Shown here piece after piece: positions 18,803 through 29,941 of a stretch of 64,000 nucleotides of DNA. Under the pieces are notes generated by a model. The model was not told the DNA's origin and searched no databases. It saw only the letters and a list, made by a program, of their open reading frames with translations. This DNA comes from an uncultured Candidatus Binatia bacterium. GTDB taxonomy: Bacteria > Desulfobacterota > Binatia > Bin18. The DNA lies in assembly GCA_965214605.1 (NCBI GenBank), contig OZ243961.1, positions 3,712,001-3,776,000 on the forward strand. The letters run 5' to 3'. Made by a program: the position numbers and the translations under genes. Position 1 is the first letter of the stretch, and the number at the start of each line of letters is the position of its first letter.

Positions 18803-20731
18803 ATGGAAAAACGGTTGTGGGCTGCCGCGCTGTTCATTGGGCTGGCACTCGTGCTGGTGGCCGGCCGGCTGGTGCAGCTGACGGTTATCCAACACCGGGA
18901 GTTGGCCGACCGGGCGGCGAGTCAGCACCACAAGCGAATTAGCTGGACCTCGCAGCGGGGGACAATTGTTGATCGGAACGGGACGCCGCTGGTCCTGAGC
19001 GTGGCGGCCGAGTCCTTTTTTGTCCACCCCGGACAGCTGCCAGACAAGATGCATAAGCGACTGCCGGCTCTGGCCTCAGCCCTTCAGTTGTCGGTACCGC
19101 AGGTGGCCGGGCTGTTGAAAAAGTCGGCTCCGTTTGTCTGGCTACGCCGCCAGGTCCCGCTCCACCAGGCGGAGCAGGTCCACAGCTTGGCTATTACCGG
19201 GATTGACAGCCATCAGAGTGAACGGCGGATCTATCCACAGGGCAGCCTGGCCGCCTCGCTGCTCGGCTTCACCGATATTGATACCAAGGGGCTGGCTGGT
19301 GTCGAACTGGTCTATGACTCCTATTTGCGCGGTCAACCGGCCGAGTTGACAGGGCTGCGCGACGCTTTTGGCCGGATGATTTTTGCCCACGGTATCGGGT
19401 CTGGGCTGAGCCAGACCTCTGAGGTCCGCCTCAGCCTTGACGCCGGCCTCCAGGACGTTGCTGAGCAGGAACTCGCTCGGGCGGTTGAGGCGCACGCGGC
19501 CAAGGCCGGCACGGTCATCATTCTTGATCCTCGCAGCTTTGCTGTCCTGGCCATGGCCCAAGTCCCAGGCTTTGATCCGCATACCCCGGCGACCGCAGCA
19601 GCCACCGTCCGCCGCAATCGGGCCATCAGCAATGTCTATGAGCCCGGCTCGACCATGAAAGCCCTGCTCGCCGCGGCCGCTCTGGATAGCCGGCTGGTGG
19701 AGCCCGATGAGCAAATCTTTTGTGAACAGGGGCGGTATAGGATCGGGCGACGGACGATCCATGACGCCCCTCGGTCGCACGGCTGGCTGAGCTTTGCCGA
19801 GGTCATCAAACACTCGAGCAACATCGGAGTGGCCAAGGTCGTCCAACGACTCGGTCAGCAGACCTACTCCCGCTATCTTCGGGCATTTGGCCTGGGTCAG
19901 ACCAGCGGCATTGACCTGCCGGCCGAGAGCCCCGGCTTGCTGCCCGCCGCTCGGAAATGGTCGTCCATCACCCTGGCCACGACGAGTTTCGGCTATGGAG
20001 TGGCGGTCACCCCCCTCCAGCTTGCCGCCTCGTTTGCGACCTTGGCCAACGATGGGGCGCTGATGCGACCGTATGTTGTCCAGGACATCCGCTATAGCGA
20101 CGGGAGGGTGCTAGAGGTCAACCGTTCGCAGTACGTCTGGCAGGCAGTCCGGCCCGAGACGGCCAGGCAGGTTGTCGGATTGCTTGAGAACGTGGTTCAA
20201 CCTGACGGGACCGGCTGGCGAGCACAGCTCAAAGGCTTTCGGGTTGCCGGTAAGACCGGCACGAGCCAGAAACTTGATGCCGAGGGCAAATACTCTGCCA
20301 GGGCGCATGTTGCCTCCTTTGTCGGCATTGTCCCGGCAGACGCGCCGCAGCTGGTGATCGCGGTTGTTATTGATGAACCGAATCGGGGTGGTTACTATGG
20401 CGGTCAGGTTGCTGCGCCAGTTTTTCGAGCTATTGCCAGTCAAGCCTTGGCCTCTCTGGGCGTTGAGGCGACAACGGTCCCGGTCGCCAGCCCGGCTCGG
20501 GTCAGCCAACCGACCGGCCCGAATACCGCCGGGCGGCCAAATTTCCTCGGTCTCAGCCTGCGCGAAGCCCTCCGCATCGCCGACCTCCACGGCTGGCGGG
20601 TGAGTGCAACCGGTAGCGGTTATGTTGTCGGCCAGGCCGTGCAGTACGACCCGGATACCGCCCAGCCGTTCTACCGTCTGAGCCTAGCCCCGACTCGGCC
20701 AGCGATCATTACCGAAGAGGAGATGCTGTGA
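18803..20731 (+). CDS. ftsI: Class B penicillin-binding protein FtsI/PBP3
   Basis: RGTIVDRNG, RIYPQG, EPGSTMK (SxxK), SSN, KTGT, PASTA-like tail; GAGGAGG RBS before the ATG at 18803. Confidence 0.93.
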   Translation: MEKRLWAAALFIGLALVLVAGRLVQLTVIQHRELADRAASQHHKRISWTSQRGTIVDRNGTPLVLSVAAESFFVHPGQLPDKMHKRLPALASALQLSVPQVAGLLKKSAPFVWLRRQVPLHQAEQVHSLAITGIDSHQSERRIYPQGSLAASLLGFTDIDTKGLAGVELVYDSYLRGQPAELTGLRDAFGRMIFAHGIGSGLSQTSEVRLSLDAGLQDVAEQELARAVEAHAAKAGTVIILDPRSFAVLAMAQVPGFDPHTPATAAATVRRNRAISNVYEPGSTMKALLAAAALDSRLVEPDEQIFCEQGRYRIGRRTIHDAPRSHGWLSFAEVIKHSSNIGVAKVVQRLGQQTYSRYLRAFGLGQTSGIDLPAESPGLLPAARKWSSITLATTSFGYGVAVTPLQLAASFATLANDGALMRPYVVQDIRYSDGRVLEVNRSQYVWQAVRPETARQVVGLLENVVQPDGTGWRAQLKGFRVAGKTGTSQKLDAEGKYSARAHVASFVGIVPADAPQLVIAVVIDEPNRGGYYGGQVAAPVFRAIASQALASLGVEATTVPVASPARVSQPTGPNTAGRPNFLGLSLREALRIADLHGWRVSATGSGYVVGQAVQYDPDTAQPFYRLSLAPTRPAIITEEEML

Positions 20732-22278
20732 GGCTGACCGAACTTTTGCCACCAGGAGTTGCGGTTCGGACCTGGGGCCATCTGGACATTCCGGTCAGTC
20801 AGTTGTCCTATGACTCACGGCAGGTGCGGCCCGGGGCGCTGTTTTTCGCCCTGCCTGGGAGGAAGACCGATGGCGTGGCATTTATGGATCAGGCGCTGCA
20901 GGGCGGGGCCGCAGCGATTGTCGTGGCCCAGAAAGACTACAGGGCTATACAAGGTCGGCTGGCGGGCTACGAGCGGCCGCTTGGCCTGATTGGCTGTGCG
21001 GAGCCGAGGCGCCTGCTAGGGGTGATGGCTGACCGGTTTTATGGCCAGCCGAGCGCTCGTCTCTCGCTGGTTGGAGTGACCGGAACGAGCGGGAAAACCA
21101 CTACGACCTATCTGCTGGAGGCCATCTGTCTGGCCATGGGCTGGCCGACCGGTGTGATTGGTACGGTCAACTATCGCTATCAAGGCCAGCAAAAGCCTGC
21201 GCCGTTTACCACACCCGAGGCGGTTGAACTCCAGTCGCTGCTAGGTACCATGGTCGACGCTGGGGTAGGCCACGCCATCATGGAGGTTTCGTCACACGCC
21301 CTGGTCCAAGAGCGGGTCCGCGGTTGCCAATGGGATGGGGCAGTGTTTACCAATTTGGGCCGGGATCACCTCGATTTTCATACCGACCTAGACGATTATT
21401 TTGCCGCCAAAGTCAGATTGTTTTGCTCTGGCCTGGCCGATTCCCCTAAAGCGAACCGTTTTGCCGTGGTCAATGTGGATGACCCGTGGGGCCAGAAATT
21501 AGCCGGCTACCGATTGCCCGGTCGGCTGATCACCTACGGCCGCAGCACTGATGCGATGGTCTCGGTCGCTGTGCTTGAAGACAGTTTCGGCGGTTTACGC
21601 GGGGTGTTGCGTGTAGAGGACAGGACGGTCGCGTTTTCCTCTGCCCTAATTGGTGAGCCGCACCTGTACAACATCGTGGCCGCGGCGGCGACGGCCCACG
21701 CGCTCGGCGTGCCAGCCGATACGATTGTGGCCGGTATCGCTGCCTGTCGCAACGTGCCCGGGCGTTTGGAAAAGCTCGACCTCGGCCAGCCGTTTGAAGT
21801 GATTGTGGACTATGCCCATAAACCCGATGCGCTCGACAAGACCCTGCGTTCGGTGCGTTCGCTGACCCAGAAACGTGTGGTGACGGTCTTTGGCTGCGGT
21901 GGCGACCGGGATCGGGGGAAGCGGCCGCTCATGGGACAGGCCGCTGGTCGGCTAAGCGACCTTGTTGTTTTGACCTCGGATAATCCGCGCAGCGAAGATC
22001 CGCAGCGCATCCTGGCTGAGACGGAACGTGGTTTGGTCCAGGCGGGCCTGCGACGGCTAGGCGAGCCGTCGGCCCTCGCCGCTGCGCGGCACGGCTACGT
22101 CGTCCTGGCCGACCGTCGGGCCGCGATTCAGGCCGCTTTGGCCGGAGCCCGGTCCGGAGACGTGGTGGTGATTGCTGGCAAGGGCCACGAGGACTACCAG
22201 ATCATCGGCACCCACAAGCATCACTTTGACGATCGAGAAGAGGTCCGCCACTATTTCTCCGTACAGGAGGCCGGGTGA
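20728..22278 (+). CDS. murE: UDP-MurNAc-L-Ala-D-Glu--mDAP ligase MurE
   Basis: [43 protein letters not shown] (mDAP-type), AGKGHE. Confidence 0.96.
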   Translation: MRLTELLPPGVAVRTWGHLDIPVSQLSYDSRQVRPGALFFALPGRKTDGVAFMDQALQGGAAAIVVAQKDYRAIQGRLAGYERPLGLIGCAEPRRLLGVMADRFYGQPSARLSLVGVTGTSGKTTTTYLLEAICLAMGWPTGVIGTVNYRYQGQQKPAPFTTPEAVELQSLLGTMVDAGVGHAIMEVSSHALVQERVRGCQWDGAVFTNLGRDHLDFHTDLDDYFAAKVRLFCSGLADSPKANRFAVVNVDDPWGQKLAGYRLPGRLITYGRSTDAMVSVAVLEDSFGGLRGVLRVEDRTVAFSSALIGEPHLYNIVAAAATAHALGVPADTIVAGIAACRNVPGRLEKLDLGQPFEVIVDYAHKPDALDKTLRSVRSLTQKRVVTVFGCGGDRDRGKRPLMGQAAGRLSDLVVLTSDNPRSEDPQRILAETERGLVQAGLRRLGEPSALAAARHGYVVLADRRAAIQAALAGARSGDVVVIAGKGHEDYQIIGTHKHHFDDREEVRHYFSVQEAG

Positions 22279-23354
22279 TGCTTTACCTATTGCTGTATCC
22301 ACTGCATACAAGCTACTCGGCGTTTAACGTCTTCCGCTATATCACCTTTCGGACGCTGTTGGCCGCTATCATGGCGCTCACAGCGTCTTTTTTTCTCGGG
22401 CCACGCCTGATCGCCCGCCTGACCGCCCTACAGGTCGGACAACAGATTCGGCCCGACGGTCCGCGTACGCATCTGAGCAAAGCAGGAACGCCGACCATGG
22501 GCGGAACGCTGATTCTCTTCTCCTTGGCCGTAGCCACTCTGTTTTTAGCCGATCTGAGTAATCCCTATGTTTGGCTTGCGCTGGGGGTGACGGTCGGCTT
22601 TGGGGCGATTGGTTTTGTGGATGACTACCGCAAGTTGTCGCACAAAAATTCCGTTGGTCTCCGAGGTAAGTATAAGCTGCTGTGCCAGCTGATCCTGGCC
22701 CTCGGGGCGGCCATATCTCTGGTCTGTCTTCCGGGGTTTGACACCAGCCTGACGATTCCGTTTTTCAAAGACCTGCGGCCCGATCTGGGCTGGTGGTATA
22801 TTCCGTTTGCGGCGATCGTGATTGTGGGCGCCTCAAACGCGGTCAATTTGACTGATGGATTGGACGGCTTGGCGATTGGGCCTGTGATGATTACCGGAGT
22901 GACCTACGCCTTGTTCGCCTATGTCAGCGGCCATGTCAAGATGGCCGAGTATCTCCAGGTCCCCAATGTGCTCGGTGCAGGTGAGATGACGGTCTTTTGC
23001 GGTGCGCTGGCCGCCGCTGGACTCGGATTTTTGTGGTTTAACGCCTATCCGGCCCAGATGTTCATGGGTGATACCGGGGCCTTGTCGCTGGGAGCTGCGC
23101 TGGGGATTGTCGCGCTTATCTGTAAACAGGAAATTGTCCTTGTCCTGGCCGGTGGGGTATTTGTGGCCGAGGCCGCTTCGGTCATTTTTCAGGTCGCCTC
23201 GTATAAGCTGCGCCACAAGCGAATTTTTCGTATGGCGCCACTCCACCACCATTTTGAGCTGTTGGGATGGCCGGAACCCCTGATTATTGTCCGGTTTTGG
23301 ATTGTGTCGATTATCTGTGCGTTGTTAGCGCTGTGTACGCTGAAGCTGAGATGA
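22275..23354 (+). CDS. mraY: Phospho-N-acetylmuramoyl-pentapeptide transferase MraY
   Basis: [43 protein letters not shown]. Confidence 0.98.
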   Translation: MMLYLLLYPLHTSYSAFNVFRYITFRTLLAAIMALTASFFLGPRLIARLTALQVGQQIRPDGPRTHLSKAGTPTMGGTLILFSLAVATLFLADLSNPYVWLALGVTVGFGAIGFVDDYRKLSHKNSVGLRGKYKLLCQLILALGAAISLVCLPGFDTSLTIPFFKDLRPDLGWWYIPFAAIVIVGASNAVNLTDGLDGLAIGPVMITGVTYALFAYVSGHVKMAEYLQVPNVLGAGEMTVFCGALAAAGLGFLWFNAYPAQMFMGDTGALSLGAALGIVALICKQEIVLVLAGGVFVAEAASVIFQVASYKLRHKRIFRMAPLHHHFELLGWPEPLIIVRFWIVSIICALLALCTLKLR

Positions 23355-24541
23355 GGGTCGGTCGAGCAGTGGCAAACGGGACAATAATGGAGAGTCAGAA
23401 GCGGGAAGATGCGGCTCGGATCGAAGGCCAGCCGCCAGTCTGGATTAGCGGTGGAGCGATAGATGGCTGGCTGCTGACAAGCGTGCTACTGCTGCTGCTG
23501 ATCGGCCAAATTATGGTGTTGAACACGACCTACTTCTATGCCGCCGAGCACACTGATCAGCCCTATCGCTTTGTCTGGAAGCAGGCTTTCGCACTGGTGC
23601 TGGGCGTGCTTGGGATGGGAGTAGCCGCCCGGCTGTCGTCGGCCAGCTATTGGCGCTGTGCCTATCCCGCTCTGCTGCTGGCAGTTATCGGCCTGATCGC
23701 TGTCCTCCTGTCCGAGGGCCAGGTCCGGCGCTGGATCCATCTCGGCGTGCTCAATTTTCAGCCGTCCGAGTTTGCCAAAGGGGCGGTCGTGCTGTATCTG
23801 GCCTCTTCCTTGGTCAAGAAGATTCAGCTGTTGCACAGTTTTGTGTTTGGCGTGTTGCCCCATGTGCTGGTCGTCGGGCTGATCGCTCTCCTGATTGTCA
23901 TAGAACCGGACCTTGGCGGAGCGGCCTTTGTGGGGATGACGCTCCTTGTCCTGCTGTTTGTCGCCGGGGCACGCAAACGCCACCTGGCTCTGCTGGCAGG
24001 AGCAGGGTTGGTCGTAGTGGTCGCTGGGATTATGACCGCCGAGTATCGGAGCGCGCGGCTGCTATCGTTCCTCGACCCAGCCGCCCACCGCCAGACCAGC
24101 GGCTATCAGCTACACCAGTCGCTGCTGGCCTTTGGGAGCGGTGGGGTCCACGGCGTTGGTCTGGGTCAGAGTAGTCAGAAGATGTTTTATCTGCCCGAGG
24201 CGCACACCGATTTTGTGTTCGCGGTGGTGGGCGAGGAAACCGGTCTGTGGGGGACGGGACTCATCCTTGGCCTGTTTGCCATGGTCGGTGCCCGTGGGGT
24301 ACGGATCGCGCTCCGCCATCCTTATCGGTTTGGGCAATTGCTGGCTTTTGGCTGCAGCTTTCTGCTGGTTGGACAGGCCGGGTTAAATATGGCTGTGGTG
24401 TTGGGTATGCTCCCGACAAAAGGACTGCCCCTGCCGTTTATTAGCTATGGTGGGTCCTCCCTATGCATGGCTCTGGTGTATGTGGGCGTGCTATTGGGCC
24501 TATCGCGTGAGATTCGGCGGGAGAACCAGAGTCATGCCTAG
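23351..24541 (+). CDS. ftsW: SEDS peptidoglycan polymerase FtsW
   Basis: [42 protein letters not shown]. The ATG at 23351 overlaps the mraY stop (alternative start 23387). Confidence 0.95.
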   Translation: MRVGRAVANGTIMESQKREDAARIEGQPPVWISGGAIDGWLLTSVLLLLLIGQIMVLNTTYFYAAEHTDQPYRFVWKQAFALVLGVLGMGVAARLSSASYWRCAYPALLLAVIGLIAVLLSEGQVRRWIHLGVLNFQPSEFAKGAVVLYLASSLVKKIQLLHSFVFGVLPHVLVVGLIALLIVIEPDLGGAAFVGMTLLVLLFVAGARKRHLALLAGAGLVVVVAGIMTAEYRSARLLSFLDPAAHRQTSGYQLHQSLLAFGSGGVHGVGLGQSSQKMFYLPEAHTDFVFAVVGEETGLWGTGLILGLFAMVGARGVRIALRHPYRFGQLLAFGCSFLLVGQAGLNMAVVLGMLPTKGLPLPFISYGGSSLCMALVYVGVLLGLSREIRRENQSHA

Positions 24542-25694
24542 GACCAAAAACACCAGACGGCTACGGCTGCTGTTGGCTGCTGGCGGGACGGGTGGACATT
24601 TATTTCCTGGGGTTGCGCTTGCCCAGGACGCCCAGCGAGAAATGGCGGCCGAGGTGTTGTTTGTCGGTACGCCATCCGGCATAGAGGGAACGGTGGTTCC
24701 ACGCCTGGGTTTTCCGCTGCGCTTCATTTCTGCCGAACAGTTACGGGGCAGAAGCTGGTGGGGAGGGCTGCGGGCCGGCTGGGCAGCCCTCTGCGGAATT
24801 GGCTCAGCGTGGCGTATTCTGGGTGAATTTGGACCTGATCTGATTTTTAGCCTCGGAGGCTATGCGTCTGGACCAACAGTGGTGGCGGCCTGGTTGCGGC
24901 GCATCCCGTGTGTGCTGCTTGAACCGAACGCGATTCCCGGACTCACCAATCGGCTGTTGGGACGCTTTGCAAGACGCGTGTGCGTCGGTTTTCCCACGAC
25001 TGTGGCCTGCTTTCCGGCTGGCAAAGCGGTCTATACCGGTACACCGGTCCGCTGGCGGCCAGCCGGGATGACGGGGGTGTCTTCCGGACCATCTGGAGCC
25101 AATGGCCACGGGCTGACCAGACCGTTCAGCGTCTTAATCGTTGGCGGGAGTGCCGGTGCGCACCGCCTTAACCAAATTCTCCCAGCCGCGTTTGCCGCTC
25201 TTGGAGCGCCGTCCGACCAGCTTCGGATTGTACACCAGACCGGCCAGGCCGAGTACGACGAGGTCCGGAGCCTCTACACCCGACTTGGTGTCGAAGCCGA
25301 AGTCGTGTCTTTTATCGAGGCTATGGATGTGGCCTATACCGCCGCCGATTTAGTTATCTGCCGGGCCGGAGCCATGACCCTGGCCGAGCTGATGACCCTG
25401 GGCAGACCGGCTATCTTTGTGCCCTATCCGTATGCCGCGGATGATCACCAACGGGCCAATGCTGAGCAGCTAGTCCAAGCCGGAGGGGCGGTGATGATTT
25501 TGGATGCCGAGTTGAGTGCGGAGCGCATCGCGGGGACTATTCGCGGCCTAATGCAGGATCCCGCCCGCCTACACGCTATGGCCCGGGCTACGGCCGCTTT
25601 TGGCACAGCTGATGCGACGACACGGGTACTGCGAGAGTGCCTGACCTGTGTCCCGGCCGCGGTCCGCAACGCCGCGGCAGAGATGGGGCGATGA
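24534..25694 (+). CDS. murG: Lipid II GlcNAc transferase MurG
   Basis: GGTGGHLFPG, GGYASGP, EPNAIPG, GGSAGA, HQTG, CRAGAMT, DHQRANA. Confidence 0.97.
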   Translation: MPRTKNTRRLRLLLAAGGTGGHLFPGVALAQDAQREMAAEVLFVGTPSGIEGTVVPRLGFPLRFISAEQLRGRSWWGGLRAGWAALCGIGSAWRILGEFGPDLIFSLGGYASGPTVVAAWLRRIPCVLLEPNAIPGLTNRLLGRFARRVCVGFPTTVACFPAGKAVYTGTPVRWRPAGMTGVSSGPSGANGHGLTRPFSVLIVGGSAGAHRLNQILPAAFAALGAPSDQLRIVHQTGQAEYDEVRSLYTRLGVEAEVVSFIEAMDVAYTAADLVICRAGAMTLAELMTLGRPAIFVPYPYAADDHQRANAEQLVQAGGAVMILDAELSAERIAGTIRGLMQDPARLHAMARATAAFGTADATTRVLRECLTCVPAAVRNAAAEMGR

Positions 25695-27175
25695 TGGACG
25701 ATAGGGTAAATGGCAGAGCGCAGGTGCCTGGGAAGGGGGAGGCGACGTTTGGCTCTCAGGGACAGGTATTGTTTGATACCAATCGCCATATCCATTTTGT
25801 CGGTATTGGGGGGATCGGCATGAGTGGTATCGCTGAGCTGTTGCTGAATCTGGGCTATCAGGTCAGCGGTTCGGACCAGATCAAATCGGATACGACCCAC
25901 CGCCTGACCCGCCTCGGGGCACACATTGCGTACGGACATCGGGCTGAGCATATCGACCTTCAGACCGATGTGGTCGTGATATCGTCTGCTGTGAAATATA
26001 CCAATCCAGAGGTGAGCCGGGCCCGTGAGCTGCGCATTCCGGTGATCCCGCGGGCAGAGATGCTGGCCGAACTGATGCGTCTCAAATACGGGATTGCGAT
26101 TGCCGGCACGCACGGTAAAACTACTACCACCTCGCTCATCACCAGCGTTCTGGCCCGGGCCGAGTTGGACCCGACATACGTGATCGGCGGACGTCTGAGC
26201 GTCGTCTGCTCGAACGCACGTTTAGGTCAGGGTCGCTTCTTAGTGGCTGAGGCCGACGAGAGCGATGGGACCTTTCTGTTGCTGAGCCCGACGATTGTTG
26301 TGGTCACCAATATCGACCCTGAGCATCTCGATTTTTATGGCGATATGGACCGGGTCAAAGACGCCTATTTATGCTTTATCAACCGGGTGCCGTTTTACGG
26401 GCGGGCTGTCCTCTGTCTGGACAGTGTCAATGTCCGGGACCTGTTACCCCACGTCCAGAAGCGCTTTATCACCTATGGCCTGAGTCCCGAGGCCGACCTG
26501 ATGGCTCGCGATTTGCGTGTGTCGGGTATGACCACCTGCTGTGAGGTCTGGTATGGCGACGAGCGGCTGGGCCCGCTTCAGATCCAGCTGCCGGGTCGCC
26601 ACTATGCGCTCAACGCCCTGGCGGTGGTGGCGGTGGCTCGAGAGTTGGGGATTCCGTTTGCTTGCGTGCAGCGCGCCCTGGCCGGTTTTGATGGCATTCA
26701 GCGCCGCTTTGAGGTCAAGGGTGAGGCCGCCGGAGTGTTGGTGGCTGATGATTATGCGCATCATCCCGAGGAACTGCGGGTGACCCTGCGGGCGGCCCGC
26801 GAGGGAAGCTGCCAGGCCAACCCGGCGCGCCGCTTAGTTGCCTTGTTTCAGCCTCACCGGTATTCGCGGACTCAGACTCTGTTTGACGATTTTCTGTCCG
26901 CTTTTGATGATGCAGATACGGTCGTGCTGACCGAGATCTACCCGGCTGGTGAGAAACCGCGGGACGGGGTGTCTGGACACCGACTGTACCAAGCGTTGCG
27001 TCAGCGCGGTCATGGCGAGGTGCATTTTGTTGCCGACCGGGAGAGTCTGGCCGAGGCGGCCCTCGCCTTTGTCCGGCCGGGCGATATGGTCATGACCCTG
27101 GGGGCTGGGGATATCCACCGGACTGGGGGTGAGTTGCTCACGCTGCTGCAGAAAAGAGGGAGTGGTGCAGGCTGA
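25691..27175 (+). CDS. murC: UDP-N-acetylmuramate--L-alanine ligase MurC
   Basis: GIGGIGMSG, AGTHGKTTTT, EADESD, DDYAHHP, FQPHRYSRT, LGAGDI. Confidence 0.97.
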   Translation: MMDDRVNGRAQVPGKGEATFGSQGQVLFDTNRHIHFVGIGGIGMSGIAELLLNLGYQVSGSDQIKSDTTHRLTRLGAHIAYGHRAEHIDLQTDVVVISSAVKYTNPEVSRARELRIPVIPRAEMLAELMRLKYGIAIAGTHGKTTTTSLITSVLARAELDPTYVIGGRLSVVCSNARLGQGRFLVAEADESDGTFLLLSPTIVVVTNIDPEHLDFYGDMDRVKDAYLCFINRVPFYGRAVLCLDSVNVRDLLPHVQKRFITYGLSPEADLMARDLRVSGMTTCCEVWYGDERLGPLQIQLPGRHYALNALAVVAVARELGIPFACVQRALAGFDGIQRRFEVKGEAAGVLVADDYAHHPEELRVTLRAAREGSCQANPARRLVALFQPHRYSRTQTLFDDFLSAFDDADTVVLTEIYPAGEKPRDGVSGHRLYQALRQRGHGEVHFVADRESLAEAALAFVRPGDMVMTLGAGDIHRTGGELLTLLQKRGSGAG

Positions 27176-28154
27176 ACAGAAAAAATGGCTGTTGACCCTG
27201 CTGGCCGACCAGGTGTCTCAGGTCCGCTGTGATGTCGCGCTGGCCCGCTATACATCTTTTCGGATCGGCGGCCCGGCCGACATCTTTGTTGAGCCCCGCA
27301 CTCTGGCTGAACTTCAAGCTGTCGTGAGGCTTGTCGGGGCTGAACGGCTGCCGCTTTTCATCCTGGGTGGGGGGAGCAACCTGCTGGTCAGCGATGCAGG
27401 CATCCGAGGCGTTGTGGTCAAGCTCGGCAAAGGGTTTAACTATAGCGTCTGGAGCGAACCTCGGGCTGAGCAGCGGCGGGTGCGGGTTGGAGCTGGGCGT
27501 TCGCTGGGCCGCTTTGTCCGTGAGACTGTGGACAGGGGATATGCCGGGGTGGCATTTGCCGAGGGGATACCCGGCAGCGTGGGTGGAGGACTGCTGATGA
27601 ATGCGGGCGCTTTTGGCGGGGAGCTAGGTCAGGTTGTTGAAACGATCCTGGGTGTTGATCATGCTGCTCAGGTGGTCTGTTTGGCCGCTGAGCAGCTCAG
27701 CTTTGGCTATCGCTGCACTGGATTGCCCGTCGGTTTCATTGTGGCCGAAATCTGTTTTCGCCTGCAGCGCCAAGAGTCGGTTCGACTCAGGGCAGCAATG
27801 CACCAGGCTCAGATAAAACGTCAGAACGGCCAGCCGCACGGCTATCCCAACGCAGGCTCAATTTTCAAAAATCCGCCCGGCGCCTATGCTGGCCATCTAA
27901 TTGAGCTAGCTGGGCTGAAAGGTTCCCACTGTGGGCAGGCTCGGGTGTCTGAGCGGCATGCCAATTTTATCCTGAACACCGGTGGTGCGCGGGCGGCTGA
28001 GGTGAAACGACTGATGGAACACGTGCAGCGCACGGTGTGGGATGCGCAGCAGGTGTGGCTTGAGCCGGAGATCCGTCTGGCCGGGGACTGGGAGCAGGAT
28101 CGGGGGGAATCGAATCTGGCCGTCCGAGCATTCGAAAAGGAGTGGGCGGTATGA
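27162..28154 (+). CDS. murB: UDP-N-acetylenolpyruvoylglucosamine reductase MurB
   Basis: TSFRIGGPA, GGGSNLL, GIPGSVGG, MNAGA, NAGSIFKNP, HANFI; GTG start near 27162/27165. Confidence 0.96.
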   Translation: MVQAEQKKWLLTLLADQVSQVRCDVALARYTSFRIGGPADIFVEPRTLAELQAVVRLVGAERLPLFILGGGSNLLVSDAGIRGVVVKLGKGFNYSVWSEPRAEQRRVRVGAGRSLGRFVRETVDRGYAGVAFAEGIPGSVGGGLLMNAGAFGGELGQVVETILGVDHAAQVVCLAAEQLSFGYRCTGLPVGFIVAEICFRLQRQESVRLRAAMHQAQIKRQNGQPHGYPNAGSIFKNPPGAYAGHLIELAGLKGSHCGQARVSERHANFILNTGGARAAEVKRLMEHVQRTVWDAQQVWLEPEIRLAGDWEQDRGESNLAVRAFEKEWAV

Positions 28155-29095
28155 ATGTTACGACCCCTCGGTGGCGTGAAAGAACGGTCGGGGTGCTGCT
28201 GGGCGGTATGTCGGCCGAGCGCGAGATTTCGCTCCGGACCGGTGGGGCGGTGTGTGAAGCGCTGCGCGGCCTAGGTTACGAGGTGGCCGCCATTGAGGTT
28301 GGGGCCGACGGCGAGTGGCTGAGTGCGGTGCGCCAGGTCGATGTGGCGTTTATCGCCTTGCACGGAAAATTCGGTGAGGACGGCACGGTCCAGGCCGTTC
28401 TAGAGGTGCTGGGGGTTCCGTATACCGGGTCGGGCGTATTGGCTAGCGCGCTGGCCATGAATAAACCTATGGCCAAACGGATATGGCACACCCACGAGAT
28501 TCCGACCCCGGCCTGGGAGGTGATAGACACACGGACGGCGGAGTGGAAGCTGAGCAGGTTAGCGTTTCCGGTTGTGGTCAAACCAAGTGCCGAGGGCTCG
28601 AGTGTGGGGGTGAGTATTGTCCGCTCCAGCCAAAGCCTGTCCGATGCCCTAGCCGAGGCGTCTCGGTTTGATGCGGTCAGCCTAGTCGAGGCGTATATTC
28701 ACGGACAAGAAGTGACGGTCGGGATTCTGGGCGAGCAAACGTTGGGGGCGATGGAGGTCATTGCCAAGGGGAATTTTCACTCCTACGAGGTCAAGTATAC
28801 GGCTGGCCGAGAGGAGTTCCTGATGCCTGCACCGCTTGCGCCCGAGGTGTATGAGCGGGTGTTGAAGATTGCCCTTGAGGCGCACCGGGCGCTAGGCTGC
28901 AGCAGTTATAGTCGGGTCGACACGCGGGTGACCAAACAGGGACGGATTTTTGTTCTAGAGGTGAATTCCCTACCCGGACTGACTGAACTCAGCTATTTGC
29001 CGCGCATTGCCGCCCACGCCGGGCTCGACTACGGGACCTTGGTCGAGGCTATTTTGCAGCATGCCGGTCTCCATAGCCGCGGGAGGACAGAGTGA
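28151..29095 (+). CDS. ddl: D-alanine--D-alanine ligase
   Basis: GGMSAEREIS, ALHGKFGEDG, PYTGSG, EGSSVG, SRVD, LEVNSLPG. Confidence 0.96.
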   Translation: MNVTTPRWRERTVGVLLGGMSAEREISLRTGGAVCEALRGLGYEVAAIEVGADGEWLSAVRQVDVAFIALHGKFGEDGTVQAVLEVLGVPYTGSGVLASALAMNKPMAKRIWHTHEIPTPAWEVIDTRTAEWKLSRLAFPVVVKPSAEGSSVGVSIVRSSQSLSDALAEASRFDAVSLVEAYIHGQEVTVGILGEQTLGAMEVIAKGNFHSYEVKYTAGREEFLMPAPLAPEVYERVLKIALEAHRALGCSSYSRVDTRVTKQGRIFVLEVNSLPGLTELSYLPRIAAHAGLDYGTLVEAILQHAGLHSRGRTE

Positions 29096-29928
29096 AACAG
29101 ACGACACCTGCCGCTCCTCAAGCTGACCCGGAGGCGCCGTTGCCGAGGACGCCCCTCGCTGGATTGATCGGTTGGAATCGCTGGAGCGGCGGGCTGCTAG
29201 TCCTCATCGGTCTGGCCGGACTGTATGGGGGAGGGGCGAGGTTGGTCCGCTTTGTTGCTCACCAGCCCTATTTCGCCGTACAGCAGATTGTCGTCCACAC
29301 AGACGGACAGCTGTCACAGACCGATATCCAGCGCTGGAGCGGTATTCGTTCCGGTATGTCGCTGTTCGTGGTCGACCGCCAGCAGGTCGAAGCTCGACTC
29401 CTCAGCCATCCCCGGGTCGCCCGGGCCACGGTCGCCCGCCAGCTGCCCAACGCCGTCCACATTCGGGTCGAGGCCCGCCGACCCGTCGCTGTTGTCCGAG
29501 GCCCACAACTGGCCTATCTTGATCGCTACGGGAACTGCTTTCTTGACCCCGAACCCCCAACCGTCCGCCTTGATCTGCCCTACGTCAGCGGTCTGGCCGA
29601 CCTGCGACTAGACGCTCCGGCCGTCCGCCGCGTGTTGGCTGGCGTCCTACGCCTGTTGGCGGTGAGCCGGCTGTGGCGGGAACAGCTGTCTGAAATTCAC
29701 TGGGATCGAAACGTGGGCTATACTCTGTTTCTGGCCCAGCGACAGATCACAATTCGGGTTGGCGAGGAAGCGCGGCCCGAAAAACTGGTCCGCGTCGGGC
29801 GGGTACTTGAAACCTGGCCGGTCGATGGAGCGGCGGCTGTGTTTGATACCCGCTTTCGGAATCAGGTAGTGGTCCATCCTGTTCCGACCTCTGCCCAAGC
29901 TCCGACCCGTATGGGGGGATCTGCCTAG
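29092..29928 (+). CDS. ftsQ: Cell division protein FtsQ/DivIB
   Basis: N-terminal TM, POTRA-like region (VARQLPN...VEARRPVA), C-terminal DTRF; lies between ddl and ftsA. Confidence 0.85.
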   Translation: MKQTTPAAPQADPEAPLPRTPLAGLIGWNRWSGGLLVLIGLAGLYGGGARLVRFVAHQPYFAVQQIVVHTDGQLSQTDIQRWSGIRSGMSLFVVDRQQVEARLLSHPRVARATVARQLPNAVHIRVEARRPVAVVRGPQLAYLDRYGNCFLDPEPPTVRLDLPYVSGLADLRLDAPAVRRVLAGVLRLLAVSRLWREQLSEIHWDRNVGYTLFLAQRQITIRVGEEARPEKLVRVGRVLETWPVDGAAAVFDTRFRNQVVVHPVPTSAQAPTRMGGSA

Positions 29929-29941
29929 GGAGAAGAAGATA

